This document shows, one piece after another, positions 1 through 10,712 of a stretch of DNA of 64,000 nt. Source of the stretch: Candidatus Poribacteria bacterium (GTDB taxonomy: Bacteria > Poribacteria > WGA-4E > PCPOR2b); NCBI GenBank assembly GCA_965208675.1, contig OZ242351.1:3072001-3136000 (forward strand). Direction: 5' to 3'. The translations under genes were made by a program, and so were the position numbers. How positions within the stretch are numbered: position 1 is the stretch's first letter; every line of letters begins with the position of its first letter. Under the pieces are notes generated by a model. That model was not told where the DNA came from. It worked only from the letters and a program-made list of their open reading frames with translations, and did no database searches.

Positions 1-2
1 AT

Positions 3-3000
3 TTGCCCCACCTGCGAGCCGCAAACCCCAACTTGCGGCTATTAAGCCTGCCCGCGGTAGATACGCTCCGACTTAATCCTCTCGCCTTCCCCCGCAATCC
101 GTATCACCACTTGGTCAAGCATTACCAAGACGGACAGCTCAAACGAGGGCGCATCAACAACCCCGAAATGGATGCCAGACTTGCTATGGAGGTCTTCAGC
201 GACCAGCGGATTGCGTTAAGCAATACATCGTCCAATCTGCTGACCGCTTGGCATTGGCTGACCACGACTGCTGACGGCGAAGGGTGTAACAAGATCTTCG
301 ATTCTCTGCGAGGTTCGCGAAGGCCGACGGACGTTGAAGCCTTTGACGGCATAAACACAATTCTGAGTGGGAACGCGTGCCAAACGCACACCCGCGAGGC
401 GATAGCAAATGCAGACCGGCACGCCTGGGAGTTGGCTTACGCCTTGGCGTGGATTCCGGTGTCCGGAGGCAATTCGGTCATGCCGCCTTGGGTACGGCAT
501 CAATTTCCCGGAGCCGGACGTTTGGTGCGCCAACTGCGAGACACCCCCTGCGCCGCGGTCAACTGCAACTGGTGCCGGCAACGGCACAACGCCCGGAGTG
601 AACTTAACCGATGGTTTCGCTTTGCCGAATTCCGGGAAAAGCCAGACGATGATGACGGCAATTCCATTCAGCAGTCCATCGTTGAAGCTGTAATGGCGCG
701 GAAACATGTGCTGGGAATCTTGCCAACCGGCTCCGGCAAATCGCTCTGCTACCAACTGCCGGCAATTTCGCGCTACGACAAGACGGGCGCCCTGACGGTA
801 GTAATCTCGCCGCTGGTCGCCCTCATGGCTGATCAGGTCGCCGGGCTTGAACGTAAGGGCATCGGTTGCTGCGTCACCGTCAACAGACTGCTGTCGATGC
901 CCGAAAGGGCGGATGCCCTGGATCGAGTACGTTTGGGGGATGCGGGCATCGTCCTGATTGCGCCGGAGCAACTTCGCAGCATCCCCTTCCGCCGAGCGTT
1001 AGAACAGCGCGAAATCGGCGCCTGGGTGCTGGATGAAGCGCACTGTCTCTCGAAATGGGGGCACGACTTTCGCCCCGATTACCGGTACGTGGGCCGGTTC
1101 ATCCGGGAAACCGCGGGGGAGCAGCCCGTGCCGCCTGTGTTATGCCTGACCGCTACTGCCAAACCCGATGTGAAGGCGGAAATTATTGACTATTTTCTTG
1201 ACAAACTCGACATCGAGCTGAATGTCTTCGACGGCGGCGCCCAACGAAACAATCTGGAGTTTTTGGTCGTGCGGACGAGCGGCGGTGAGAAGTTCGCTCA
1301 TGTACATCGGATTATTGCAGAACATCTACCGGTACAAAAACCGGGCGGCGCCATCGTGTATTGCGCCACGCGGCGACAGACTGAAGAGGTTGCAAACTTC
1401 CTGCAGGCGAATGAGACGAAAGCCGATTACTACCATGCGGGCCTGCCGCCGGAGACCAAGAAACACGTCCAACAAAACTTCATCAGCGGCGAGTTGCGAG
1501 TCATCGCAGCCACCAACGCCTTCGGCATGGGAATCGATAAACCGGACGTGCGGCTGGTCGTCCATGCCGACATCCCCGGTTCCTTGGAGAATTACCTTCA
1601 GGAGGCGGGGCGCGCCGGTAGGGACCAGCAGCCGGCGCACTGCGTACTGCTATACACTCAGGATGATGTCGAGCGCCAGTTTGGCATGTCGGCTTATTCT
1701 CGGCTCACATGGCGAGAAATCAACGGCGTCCTGAGGGCACTGCGTAATCTCGACCGGAGAAATCGGTTGAGCGGCGAGGTGGTAGCCACCGCCGGCGAAA
1801 TCCTACGAGCGGACGAGGACAACGCCTTTGACCGGGATTCGGCAACCGACGACACCCGCGTGCGCACCGCGGTGGCGTGGCTGGAGGAGGCGGAGTTGTT
1901 GAGTCGAGAGGAGAACCGGGTGCAAGTGTTTCCGTCCTCGCTGCGCGTGAATTCAGTGGAGGAGGCGCGCGCCAGACTGGAACGAATGTGTCACAGAAAT
2001 GACTACCGTAAACAACTAATGAAAATTGTCGAGAAGCTAATTGACGCTGACCCGGACGAAGGCATTTCCACAGACGAATTGATGGCAGCTTCCGGTCTGA
2101 CGCCAGAGGGGGTGCGAGGCGCACTCGACGACCTGGAGCAGTTGGGTATCGCAAACAACGACACCGTGTTGACCGCTTTCGTCCACGTAGGAGGTAAACA
2201 CTCATCACAAGATCGGTACACAAAGGCAGCAGAGTTGGAGCGTGACCTGATTGCCCTCCTGCAGGAGCTGGCTCCCGATATGGAAAAGGAGGATACCTCC
2301 ATGTTGCATCTCCGCGACGTCAACCAACGGCTTAAAGACGACGGTCATACCTACGCCCTGCCTGAACGCCTGTGGCGAATCCTCCGAAGTATCGCCGCCG
2401 ACGGACGGGGCGAGGGAAGCGGCGGCGGAAGTCTAGCTGTTCGGAAGCTTGACCCGGAAACTGTACGGGTGACGCTGCTGCGCGAGTGGAATGTGTTAGC
2501 GGAGATCGCTACGTTGCGCCGCCAAGCCGCGGCATGCCTGCTCGAACATCTTCTTTCCAGCCTGCCGACCGGCAGCCGAGGCACGGACCTGCTCGCAGAG
2601 ACAACGGTGGGGAAATTGCTAGCGGCGATTAAGTCAGACCTTATTCTTAAGTCAGACCCTATTCTGGCGAACCGAGTGAAGCGCCCCGAAAAACTCATGG
2701 AGCGCGCTCTGCTGTGGCTCCACGAGCAGGAGGTAATCCAACTAAATAAAGGGCTGGCGGTTTTTCGACCAGCGATGACCATCCACCTTCAGTCGGATCG
2801 CCGCGGTTTTGCGCGATCAGATTTTCAACCCCTCGATCTTTACTACGGCGAACAGATTCTGCAGATTCACATTTTAGCGGAATTCGCAATGCTAGGGCTT
2901 GGAGCGATAACTGACGCGCTGCGTCTGGCTATGGACTATTTTGTGCTTACCCGAGATAAGTTCCTACTACGCTGGTTGCGGGACAGAGAAGTTTCGCGGC

Positions 3001-4905
3001 AGACCACGCCGGAATCTTGGCGAACCATTGTCGAAAACCTGAGAAATCCCATACAACGCCGCATCGTGGCGGACGACCGGGAGCAGACGAACGTGCTGGT
3101 GCTCGCAGGACCCGGCTCCGGCAAGACGCGGGTGCTCGTGCATCGTATCGCCTATCTGATTCGCGTGAGGCGCGAGAACCCCCGCGGCATCTTGGCGCTC
3201 GCTTACAACCGGCATGCCGCCGTCGAAATCCGCCGGCGCTTAGCAGAACTCATCGGTGTCGACGCCCGCGGGGTGTTGGTGTTCACCTGCCACGCGCTCG
3301 CGATGCGGCTGGTCGGCGCCAGTTTCGAGGGACGCGCAAATCGCATGGATGACGAGGGTTTTAAGGAAATACTCCGCGATGCCGTGGCGCTGCTGCACGG
3401 CGAAGGGTTGCCGCCGGACGAAGCCGACGAATACCGCGCGCGCCTGCTTGCGGGGTTCCGCTGGATTTTAGTGGATGAGTATCAGGACATCGGCGAAGAC
3501 GAGTACGATCTGATTTCCGTACTGGCGGGCAGAACCCTCTCCGACGAAGATGACAAATTAAGCCTTTTCGCGGTGGGCGATGACGATCAGAACATCTACG
3601 CCTTCAACGGCTCCTCAGTCGAGTTTATCCGCCGCTTTGAGGAGGACTACCGCGCCCAACCCACCTTCCTGACCGGCAACTACCGTTCCACAGCCCGCAT
3701 TATCGCGGCTTCCAATGCGTTAATCGAGCCGGCGCAGCACCGCATGAAGACCGAGCACCCTATTGAGATCAACAGAGCGAGGCGGGATGAACCGCACGGC
3801 GGCGCATGGTCTGCGCTTGACTCGGTCGCCGGCGGGAAAGTGCAGATATTGCTTGTGGGCGATAATCTTATCGCCCAAGCGCAGGCAGTCGTCGTTGAGT
3901 TGAAGCGATTGTCCGATTTAGATCCTGACTGGGATTGGTCGAAATGCGCCGTCATCGCGCGCAAATGGCGTTACCTAGACCCGGTGCGCAGCCTCTGCGA
4001 ACTCGAGAAGATTCCGGTTCAGATGGCGAACGAAGACAACTTGAAAGTTTGGCATCTACGGGAAACCCGCAGCCTAGTCGAATGGCTGCGCTCGCAGGAG
4101 TCTCGCTTGTTATCAGGGGAAGAATTGAACAACTGGATGGACAACCTGCCCGCAAATCCTTGGACCGAACTGCTCCGCGAAGGCATATCAGAGCACACGT
4201 TGGAAACCAGCGGATCGGCAACACCGGCAAATCACTTCGTCGAGTGGCTGGCTGAATGGTGCCGCGACGTACGCCGCCGCCAGCGGGGGCTGCTGCTGTT
4301 GACCGCCCACCGCGCCAAGGGCTTGGAATTCGACCATGTGGTCGTATTAGAAGGAGGCTGGGATCGCGTTGACCGCGGCGAGGATGACGAGGATGTAGAT
4401 GCCCCGCGGCGGCTGTATTACGTCGCAATGACCCGCGCGCCTCACCCTTGCACTGGCGCGCTTTCCGGGCGAACACCGGCTGCAAGACGCCCTGCGGGGT
4501 AATCCCTCGGTGCTGTGCCAGGAGTCCGCCAAACTTCCACCGGCACCGCCGGACCTTGTGCAACGCTATAAGCGACTCAGTTTGGGCGATGTCTTCTTGA
4601 GTTTCGCGGGGTATAAGCCCCCCGAGAATCCCGTGCATCGGGATATCGCCTCGCTCTCTCCGGGCGATCCGTTGCATGTGCGCCTCGGGTCGAAGCGTTG
4701 GGAACTTCTTGATCGCAACGGGAATGTCGTCGGGCAGCTTGCCTCCGGATTCAACGGGCTTAACAACATGCGCTGCAACCGTGCTAAAGTCTGGGCAATC
4801 GTCGCCTGGAACCGCGACTATTCGGAACCCCAGTACCAACGCGGCATCCAACGCGATACATGGGAGGTCGTGGTGCCGGAGTTGATTTTCGAGCCGGATT
4901 CGTAA
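3..4905 (+). pseudogene. RecQ-family helicase fused to a UvrD-like helicase; probably 5'-truncated by the window edge; frameshifted at ~4440 (ORFs 3..4502 and 4510..4905 are one gene)
   Basis: RecQ motifs LPTGSGKSLCYQLP, LDEAHCLSKWGHDFRPDY, ATNAFGMGIDKPDVR, YLQEAGRAGRD. UvrD motifs LAGPGSGKTRVL, LVDEYQD, AVGDDDQNIYAF, LTAHRAKGLEFDHVV, RLYYVAMTRA. After ATG ACC CGC GCG C (4428-4440) the coding signal continues in frame 1 (LTLALARFPGEHRLQDALRGNPSVLCQE...) into ORF 4510..4905. Confidence 0.85.
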
Positions 4906-4991
4906 CCTTACCGATACCCCCGCATGCTGGTATACTTTCCATTTCACGATACGATTCAAGACCCGGGGGAAATGATTAATATTTACGCAAA

Positions 4992-5735
4992 ATGAATTCT
5001 TACAAATTCACAGATTATACATACTCGGAAATTAAGGGCTTCATTGAGGAAGGGTATTTGGCAATCTTACCGACCGGATGCACAGAACAGCAGGGCCCGC
5101 ACTTGCCGGTGGGTTTCGACACATGGTTCGCTGAGACCGTTGCTTTAGCGGCTGTACAGCACAATCGCGGCCGCGCCCTAGTGTTGCCGGCAATGCCATT
5201 TGGCCCAACCCCGGAACATTGTGGCTTCGGTTCAGGCTATGTCAACATTCCGCACCCGGTCCACGAAGAGTTCATCTATTTCGTCCTTGAATCGCTCGCA
5301 GAACAAGGTTTCAGCACCATCGTCGCCTGGCGAGGCTGCGGAGAGCATCGGTTACAGAGTACAGTAAACAAGTTCAACGCGAAATTTCAGAATCGATGTA
5401 CCGCCTGCCTTCCAGCACTTCCCTACCGGGATATTTGGCTGCGTGTAGCTGATCCCGCTATTCCGTGCGGTCACGCCGACAGCTTTGCGACTTCGATCGC
5501 TCTATACAAATGCCCGGAGATTGTTCGCGTCGACAAAATCCCTCCACCCAACACCGGTCAAGTTGACTGGAATGATCCGCATCTCGATTTTACGAAATAC
5601 TCAGAAACCGGTGTCATCGGTGACGCGACCAAAGCGAGTGCCGAATTAGGCAGTAAGCTTTGGAACGAGGTCGTAACGACATCAGCAGCAATAATCAGAA
5701 ATGCTGCCGTAAATTGTGCACCGAGTGGACAATGA
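4992..5735 (+). CDS. Creatininase/amidohydrolase family protein
   Basis: LPTGCTEQQGPHLPVGFDT and GHADSFATS motifs, GVIGDATKASAELG C-terminal motif; 247 aa. Confidence 0.85.
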   Translation: MNSYKFTDYTYSEIKGFIEEGYLAILPTGCTEQQGPHLPVGFDTWFAETVALAAVQHNRGRALVLPAMPFGPTPEHCGFGSGYVNIPHPVHEEFIYFVLESLAEQGFSTIVAWRGCGEHRLQSTVNKFNAKFQNRCTACLPALPYRDIWLRVADPAIPCGHADSFATSIALYKCPEIVRVDKIPPPNTGQVDWNDPHLDFTKYSETGVIGDATKASAELGSKLWNEVVTTSAAIIRNAAVNCAPSGQ

Positions 5736-5858
5736 GATGGATTAAACCGCCCAATTCCAAATCTTAAATCATCTGAACACTCCACTCACACTTCGGAGCA
5801 TAACAGGATTGTTGCCGCGGTCAAGGCGGGAGAGCCGCAAGCGACGTGAAAAAAAGTT

Positions 5859-5887
5859 TTGACAGAAATTGAGAGGAAGTATAAAAT
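5859..5887 (+). promoter_or_regulatory. sigma70-type promoter
   Basis: TTGACA (5859-5864), 17 nt spacer, TAAAAT (5882-5887). Confidence 0.7.
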
Positions 5888-5893
5888 GCTTGT

Positions 5894-5998
5894 CGATCAG
5901 GGAATCCGAGCCTTCACTCGAATGCCCCTGAAGCTACCCGATATGAGGCCTCAAATCAAAAAGGGAGTTGTGCGTTTGACGTGCACATCCCTTTTTCA
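5894..5998 (+). ncRNA. Candidate ~105-nt small RNA or attenuator
   Basis: Follows the sigma70 promoter; hairpin TCAGGG/CCCTGA with inner CGAG/CTCG (5897-5931); ends in the terminator at 5958-5996. Confidence 0.45.
5958..5996. terminator. Intrinsic terminator, possibly bidirectional
   Basis: AAAAAGGGA..TGTGC / GCACA TCCCTTTTT stem with a T-run on one side and an A-run on the other. Confidence 0.65.
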
Positions 5999-6117
5999 TT
6001 ACAAATTAACGACGGCACGCGTATTTTTGATTACTACGGCTTGATACTTGTGCTAGAATTAGACGGCAACAAGTAAATCCCACCAGTTAATGGCTTTATA
6101 TCAACAAAACGAATCCC

Positions 6118-6990
6118 ATGCCAAAAATCCCGGTTCTGATTCTCTTTTTGATTTCCGTGTCGTTATGCTCAGCGGAATTAAGCGAGCCGCTATCGGTTGA
6201 AAGGTTGCTTGCCATAACCGAAAAAGAACTGGAAACGGAACTGCCAAAGTTTGATATTGTCTACATCAACATGGTCTGTGCACAGGGGTTGCCCGGCGCG
6301 CAAGCATTTGATATTCCAAAGGCTTTAGCAAAACTCGATGAATGGGCGAAACATATTCAACATGAAACCCAACGCCACGAATATCTGTTTCATCGAGATA
6401 AGGACTATTACAACGGCTCACTTGCATACTACCAGATTGAGATGATGGTGTCGGTCTTATCACAGGATATGGGGGTCAGGTATAATCCCGAACTGATTGA
6501 GTCTGACGCATTGTACGACCTTGAATCGACACGGTTCTATGCCGATTCAAGAGATGTGTTCCTTCATGGGTTGTTATCCCCGCGTCCGTGGGGAACTTGC
6601 GCCTCAATGCCTGTCTTGGTCGTTGCTATCGGTAGACGCTTGGGCTATCCGTTAAAACTAGTGCGCGCCAAAGCCCATCTTTTTGTGCGGTGGGAGTCGG
6701 AAACAGAGCGTTTCAACATTGAGGCGACAGGGCGAGGATGGAATCCTTATCCGGATTCGCATTATCGCCGGTGGCCGCATCCATTCACCAAAGCGGAAGA
6801 ATACGCCAACCGCTTTTTGAAATCGCTATCGCCGGCAGAAGCACTGGCGGATTTTCTGGGTCAACGCGCCTACTGTCTCAAGGAACATAAAAGAGATGCC
6901 GAAGCCAAAAAAGCGCATGTCAAAACTATCTGGATCTATCAATTGTTCAACGAAAGGAGCGGGCGAATAAAACGCCCGAACATGCTATGA
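6118..6990 (+). CDS. Secreted transglutaminase-like (SirB1-N-like) protein
   Basis: Hydrophobic N-terminal signal peptide; candidate Cys-His-Glu triad in GTCASMPVL...AHLFVRW...NIEATG. Confidence 0.7.
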   Translation: MPKIPVLILFLISVSLCSAELSEPLSVERLLAITEKELETELPKFDIVYINMVCAQGLPGAQAFDIPKALAKLDEWAKHIQHETQRHEYLFHRDKDYYNGSLAYYQIEMMVSVLSQDMGVRYNPELIESDALYDLESTRFYADSRDVFLHGLLSPRPWGTCASMPVLVVAIGRRLGYPLKLVRAKAHLFVRWESETERFNIEATGRGWNPYPDSHYRRWPHPFTKAEEYANRFLKSLSPAEALADFLGQRAYCLKEHKRDAEAKKAHVKTIWIYQLFNERSGRIKRPNML

Positions 6991-7826
6991 CTATGAACAC
7001 AGTTAAACGATTTACCCTACTGATACTACTGCTGACCTTTATCGCTTCACCCGTTTTAGAGGCCTATTATGACCCACACATCGGACGCTTTACACAACGT
7101 GACCCCGTAGGAGAAGGGGTGAACCACTATGTGTATACGGCGAATAATCCGATGAAGTTTGTTGACCCGACGGGCACTAGGATTGTGATATTGGGCTCCG
7201 CCGGCAAGGAAGTTACAATGGATAGCAGTGGCCTACATTTTCATACAGGTGGTGCTGGATTAAGCACTGAAGCGTCCATGTTGTATACAGGCATAACAGG
7301 TATGAGGACAATCGAAGCAGAAGACGGATCGGTAACGAAAAACCCCGATCTCAGAGACACTACCGCCGTTGGAAAAACTGTTATGGATGTCATCAGAAGC
7401 GACAAGACCGTTTATCTGCATTTTGATTCGTCTTTGCCTGATGCAATACTAGGTGTCACTGAATTTTTGAATACAGCCTCGAATGACAACATTTCGATTA
7501 GAATCAATGCCAAGAATGCCACCGGAACATTCGGAGGGTATTTACGATCAAGGAAAACGATTATACATGAACTGGTTCATGCAAACCAAGCGATAACCGA
7601 TCCCAGCACGTTTAGAAATAGAAGCTACTATAATGTCTATGACCTTGAATATCAGGCGTATGACATAGGCGCTCGATTTGCAGCCGAGGTCGGGGGACAC
7701 AATGCAACAGTGCTGGGTTACGTGCCACCATCCTATTTGCTAAGTAAGCAATTTAATCCTAATTCACTTACATATCATTACTATATTAGTATGGCGGCAC
7801 GAGAAACTGCAAGTCCATTCCGATAG
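6987..7826 (+). CDS. Mini-RHS protein 1: signal peptide + RHS core motif + HExxH metallopeptidase-like C-terminus
   Basis: Signal ...SPVLEA|YYDPHIGRFTQRDPVGEGVNHYVYTANNPMKFVDPTG (RHS-associated core consensus); IIHELVHANQ and downstream E (DLEYQAY). Confidence 0.85.
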   Translation: MTMNTVKRFTLLILLLTFIASPVLEAYYDPHIGRFTQRDPVGEGVNHYVYTANNPMKFVDPTGTRIVILGSAGKEVTMDSSGLHFHTGGAGLSTEASMLYTGITGMRTIEAEDGSVTKNPDLRDTTAVGKTVMDVIRSDKTVYLHFDSSLPDAILGVTEFLNTASNDNISIRINAKNATGTFGGYLRSRKTIIHELVHANQAITDPSTFRNRSYYNVYDLEYQAYDIGARFAAEVGGHNATVLGYVPPSYLLSKQFNPNSLTYHYYISMAARETASPFR

Positions 7827-7886
7827 GGCTAAAAACACAGTGGCGGGGGCTTAAACCGAAAAACGTCCAACGCAAGGAGATACATC

Positions 7887-9338
7887 ATGAAACGCAAGGG
7901 AGCCTTGATTCTTTTTCTTTATGCGACAGTCGGTCTGATTTTGGGCGCTTCAGCATCGGAGAGACTAGAGATAGAATCGCTTATCACACAGCTTGGCGAC
8001 GAAGCCGTAGAGGTTCGTCACAATGCGTCTATACGTTTGGCTCAAATTGGCGCCCCAGCCGTGCCAGCATTGGTGGGCGTATTGCCGGAAGCAGATCGGA
8101 AACTCGCTTTAAGTATTGTTGAGACCTTGACGCTCATGGGCAGCGACGCCGAGGCCGCTGTATCAGCATTGATAGAAGCATTCAGAAAACCGAATTTTTC
8201 TGTCTACAGGAGGGAAATGTTTGTGGAGTTTCACAATAGTTGCATTGAAGCTCTTGCTGCAATTGGGTCGCCTGCGGTGCGTCCGTTGGTAGAGGCTTTA
8301 AATGATGTCAATGAATATACTCGTTATCATGTAGCATCGGCGCTAGGGTGGCTGGGGTCAAAAGCCCAAGAAGCCGTGCCTGCGTTAATACAGCTACTGA
8401 AGGATAAAGACGATGGGGTGCGGCAAGCCGCTGCGTCAGCATTAGGTAGAATGGCGCAACCTACCGCAGTAGATATAATGCTAATACCGCTTGAGGACTT
8501 GCTGCCCCCGCGTAGAAAGCCCGCATTAAGCCAGACGAATCATCCGGCCCAAGCGGCGGTTCCCACTCTGATAGAAATGTTGGGAGATGAGGATGAGAAC
8601 GATTCGGTTCGCGTCGCAGCAGCGGGGACGTTAGGCAGCATTGGCGATGTTACTGCCGTCCCAGCGTTGATAACCTCGTTGAATGACATAAACGATCGAG
8701 TCCGTTCAGCAGCAGCGTCCGCGTTGGGCAAAATTGGCCCTCCCGCCAATGCTGCTGTTCCCACACTGATAAACATATTAAAGAAAGGTCTATACGAAAC
8801 GCAAAATGTTCGAGTGTCGATTGTGCTAGGATTGGGCGGAATTGGCACTCCTGACGCTCTGAATGCGCTGATAGACGCTTTAAGTGATGAATCAACTTTC
8901 ATCCGTAAAGAGGCAGTATACGAGTTAAGCAGAATTGGCGAGCCTGTTGACAAAATCGTTCCACCTTTACTGGAAGCATTGGCGGATACGGATCAAGGTG
9001 TACGCGTTACAAGCTCTATGGAGTTAGCCAGAATCGGCGAACCTGCCATTCCTTTTCTGATTGAGGCATTGAGCCACGAAAAAGTAGAGGTGCGCAAGTG
9101 GTCAGCCTTCGCCTTGTCAGAGATAGATGGTAACATTCAAGCTGCCGAACCCGCATTGATACAAACATTAGGAGATAAAGATAAAGATGTTCGGCGGTAT
9201 GCAGCTTACGCATTAAAAAGAATTGGAACTCCTGAAGCGATTAAGGCTGCCGTCCCTGTGTTGGAGAAAGACGACAAGCCTATCATATCAACACGCATAA
9301 AAAAGCAACTGAAGCATCGAAAGCCGTCGGGGTTTTGA
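7887..9338 (+). CDS. Secreted HEAT/PBS-lyase repeat protein (candidate partner or immunity protein)
   Basis: Signal peptide; many AVPALI.LL.D.D..VR.AAA.ALG repeats; RBS AAGGAG. Confidence 0.85.
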   Translation: MKRKGALILFLYATVGLILGASASERLEIESLITQLGDEAVEVRHNASIRLAQIGAPAVPALVGVLPEADRKLALSIVETLTLMGSDAEAAVSALIEAFRKPNFSVYRREMFVEFHNSCIEALAAIGSPAVRPLVEALNDVNEYTRYHVASALGWLGSKAQEAVPALIQLLKDKDDGVRQAAASALGRMAQPTAVDIMLIPLEDLLPPRRKPALSQTNHPAQAAVPTLIEMLGDEDENDSVRVAAAGTLGSIGDVTAVPALITSLNDINDRVRSAAASALGKIGPPANAAVPTLINILKKGLYETQNVRVSIVLGLGGIGTPDALNALIDALSDESTFIRKEAVYELSRIGEPVDKIVPPLLEALADTDQGVRVTSSMELARIGEPAIPFLIEALSHEKVEVRKWSAFALSEIDGNIQAAEPALIQTLGDKDKDVRRYAAYALKRIGTPEAIKAAVPVLEKDDKPIISTRIKKQLKHRKPSGF

Positions 9339-9470
9339 AAAACGTGCACGCACAGAAGTAGCCATCAACAAATGATGGATATTATCTGTCATTAGTTATA
9401 GACTCTTAATAGTGTGATTGGCAAGTAGCAGTGGACACTGCCACCTGAATCTATCAATTATTCGATAATA

Positions 9471-10655
9471 ATGAACACCTACAAACGGGCTTTCATTACC
9501 TGTCTGTATTTGGTGAGCATGGCAAGTATTGTGTGTCATGCTCACGATCTGGACACCGCATCGTTAATTCAGCAACTTGAACATGCTGATACTGATGTCC
9601 GAAAAAGCGCAAGAAAAGCTCTCATCGAAATGGGCGAAGCAGCGGTGCCGGCATTGGTTGTGGGATTAAACCACGAAAAAGCCACGGTGCGTGAATATGT
9701 TGTGTATATACTGCATGATATTAGAAAGCGTGTACCTCACAATAAAGACATTGTGCGTGCATTGGTTAAAGCATTAAAAGATAACGATGAAAAGGTGCGC
9801 GATTGGGCATTGGTTAGTTTTTTGGACTATTCGGAATTACCGCCGGAAGTTATTTCGGGCTTAGTCCAGTTACTCTATTATGGATCTCCCTTCTATCACC
9901 CCGGTGCCAGCGAGGTTTTAGTCAAGGATGAGGGCGTATGGAATCCTCAAGCTGCTGCTGCCTTAATCGAGGCATTGCACAGTAGTGAATGGTCGCTTCG
10001 CTTCGGCACCGCCCTCGCTTATAGTTTTGGAGATGGACGTAGACAACTACGCTTGGAGTTTCCCAATAAACGCAATAAAGAGAAGCCGCCTTCCCCTGGA
10101 CTTAAAACAATTGTTGTGACGCCTTATACTGGGCAGCCGCCGCCGCCCGGAACTACAAAAGCGGTGGTTTCTACTTTAGTTGAAGGATTAACCCATCCAG
10201 ATTGGAAGGCACAGAATCTCGTGATTTTTTACTTGAAGGGATACGCCCATGACTTTGAGGAAGCGAAAAACGCGCTTGAAGCATTGCCACCCTTCGGTAT
10301 CATATTCCAAACTATCAGAGACGGGGATACAGTTAGGGATTCCGATGTTCTCGATTCATTGAATACCGATGGTATCACTTTCAAATTCAACCGTTCCCTC
10401 TCAGGTTACTTACTGGGGGAGATTACAATCAGGCCAGTTACTGAAGGCATTTATGGCGAACCGCTGGGTTGGAATGTTGAAAGGGGCAGCCATTCAATAA
10501 CGATAACCCCCCCAGAAGGGAAAGAACTGGTGAAAGAGCAGGATTATACGATTCAACTCAGAGAATTTGAGGATGCTCTGGGGTATCATGAACTCGGTGC
10601 CGAAATCGAGTTTTCGACAGAGGTTCCGATCCGGAGTTCCGGACACGCCCATTAA
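9471..10655 (+). CDS. Secreted HEAT-repeat protein with C-terminal Ig-like beta domain
   Basis: Signal ...VCHA; HEAT repeats; C-terminal GITFKFN...ITITPPEG.ELVK..DYTIQL..FEDALG...IEFST (SbsA/Big_5-like pattern). Confidence 0.8.
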   Translation: MNTYKRAFITCLYLVSMASIVCHAHDLDTASLIQQLEHADTDVRKSARKALIEMGEAAVPALVVGLNHEKATVREYVVYILHDIRKRVPHNKDIVRALVKALKDNDEKVRDWALVSFLDYSELPPEVISGLVQLLYYGSPFYHPGASEVLVKDEGVWNPQAAAALIEALHSSEWSLRFGTALAYSFGDGRRQLRLEFPNKRNKEKPPSPGLKTIVVTPYTGQPPPPGTTKAVVSTLVEGLTHPDWKAQNLVIFYLKGYAHDFEEAKNALEALPPFGIIFQTIRDGDTVRDSDVLDSLNTDGITFKFNRSLSGYLLGEITIRPVTEGIYGEPLGWNVERGSHSITITPPEGKELVKEQDYTIQLREFEDALGYHELGAEIEFSTEVPIRSSGHAH

Positions 10656-10712
10656 AAAAACTAACTTGAACCTTACATTTATCCGGATTCATCAACTATT
10701 CAACGAAAGGAA

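Noticed and set aside
216-4959. Long minus-strand ORFs (216..971, 3952..4959)
   Set aside because: Antisense shadows of the GC-rich helicase gene with no recognisable motifs.
5859-6044. 61-aa ORF
   Set aside because: Its TTG start is the -35 hexamer and it runs through a terminator; the non-coding reading fits better.
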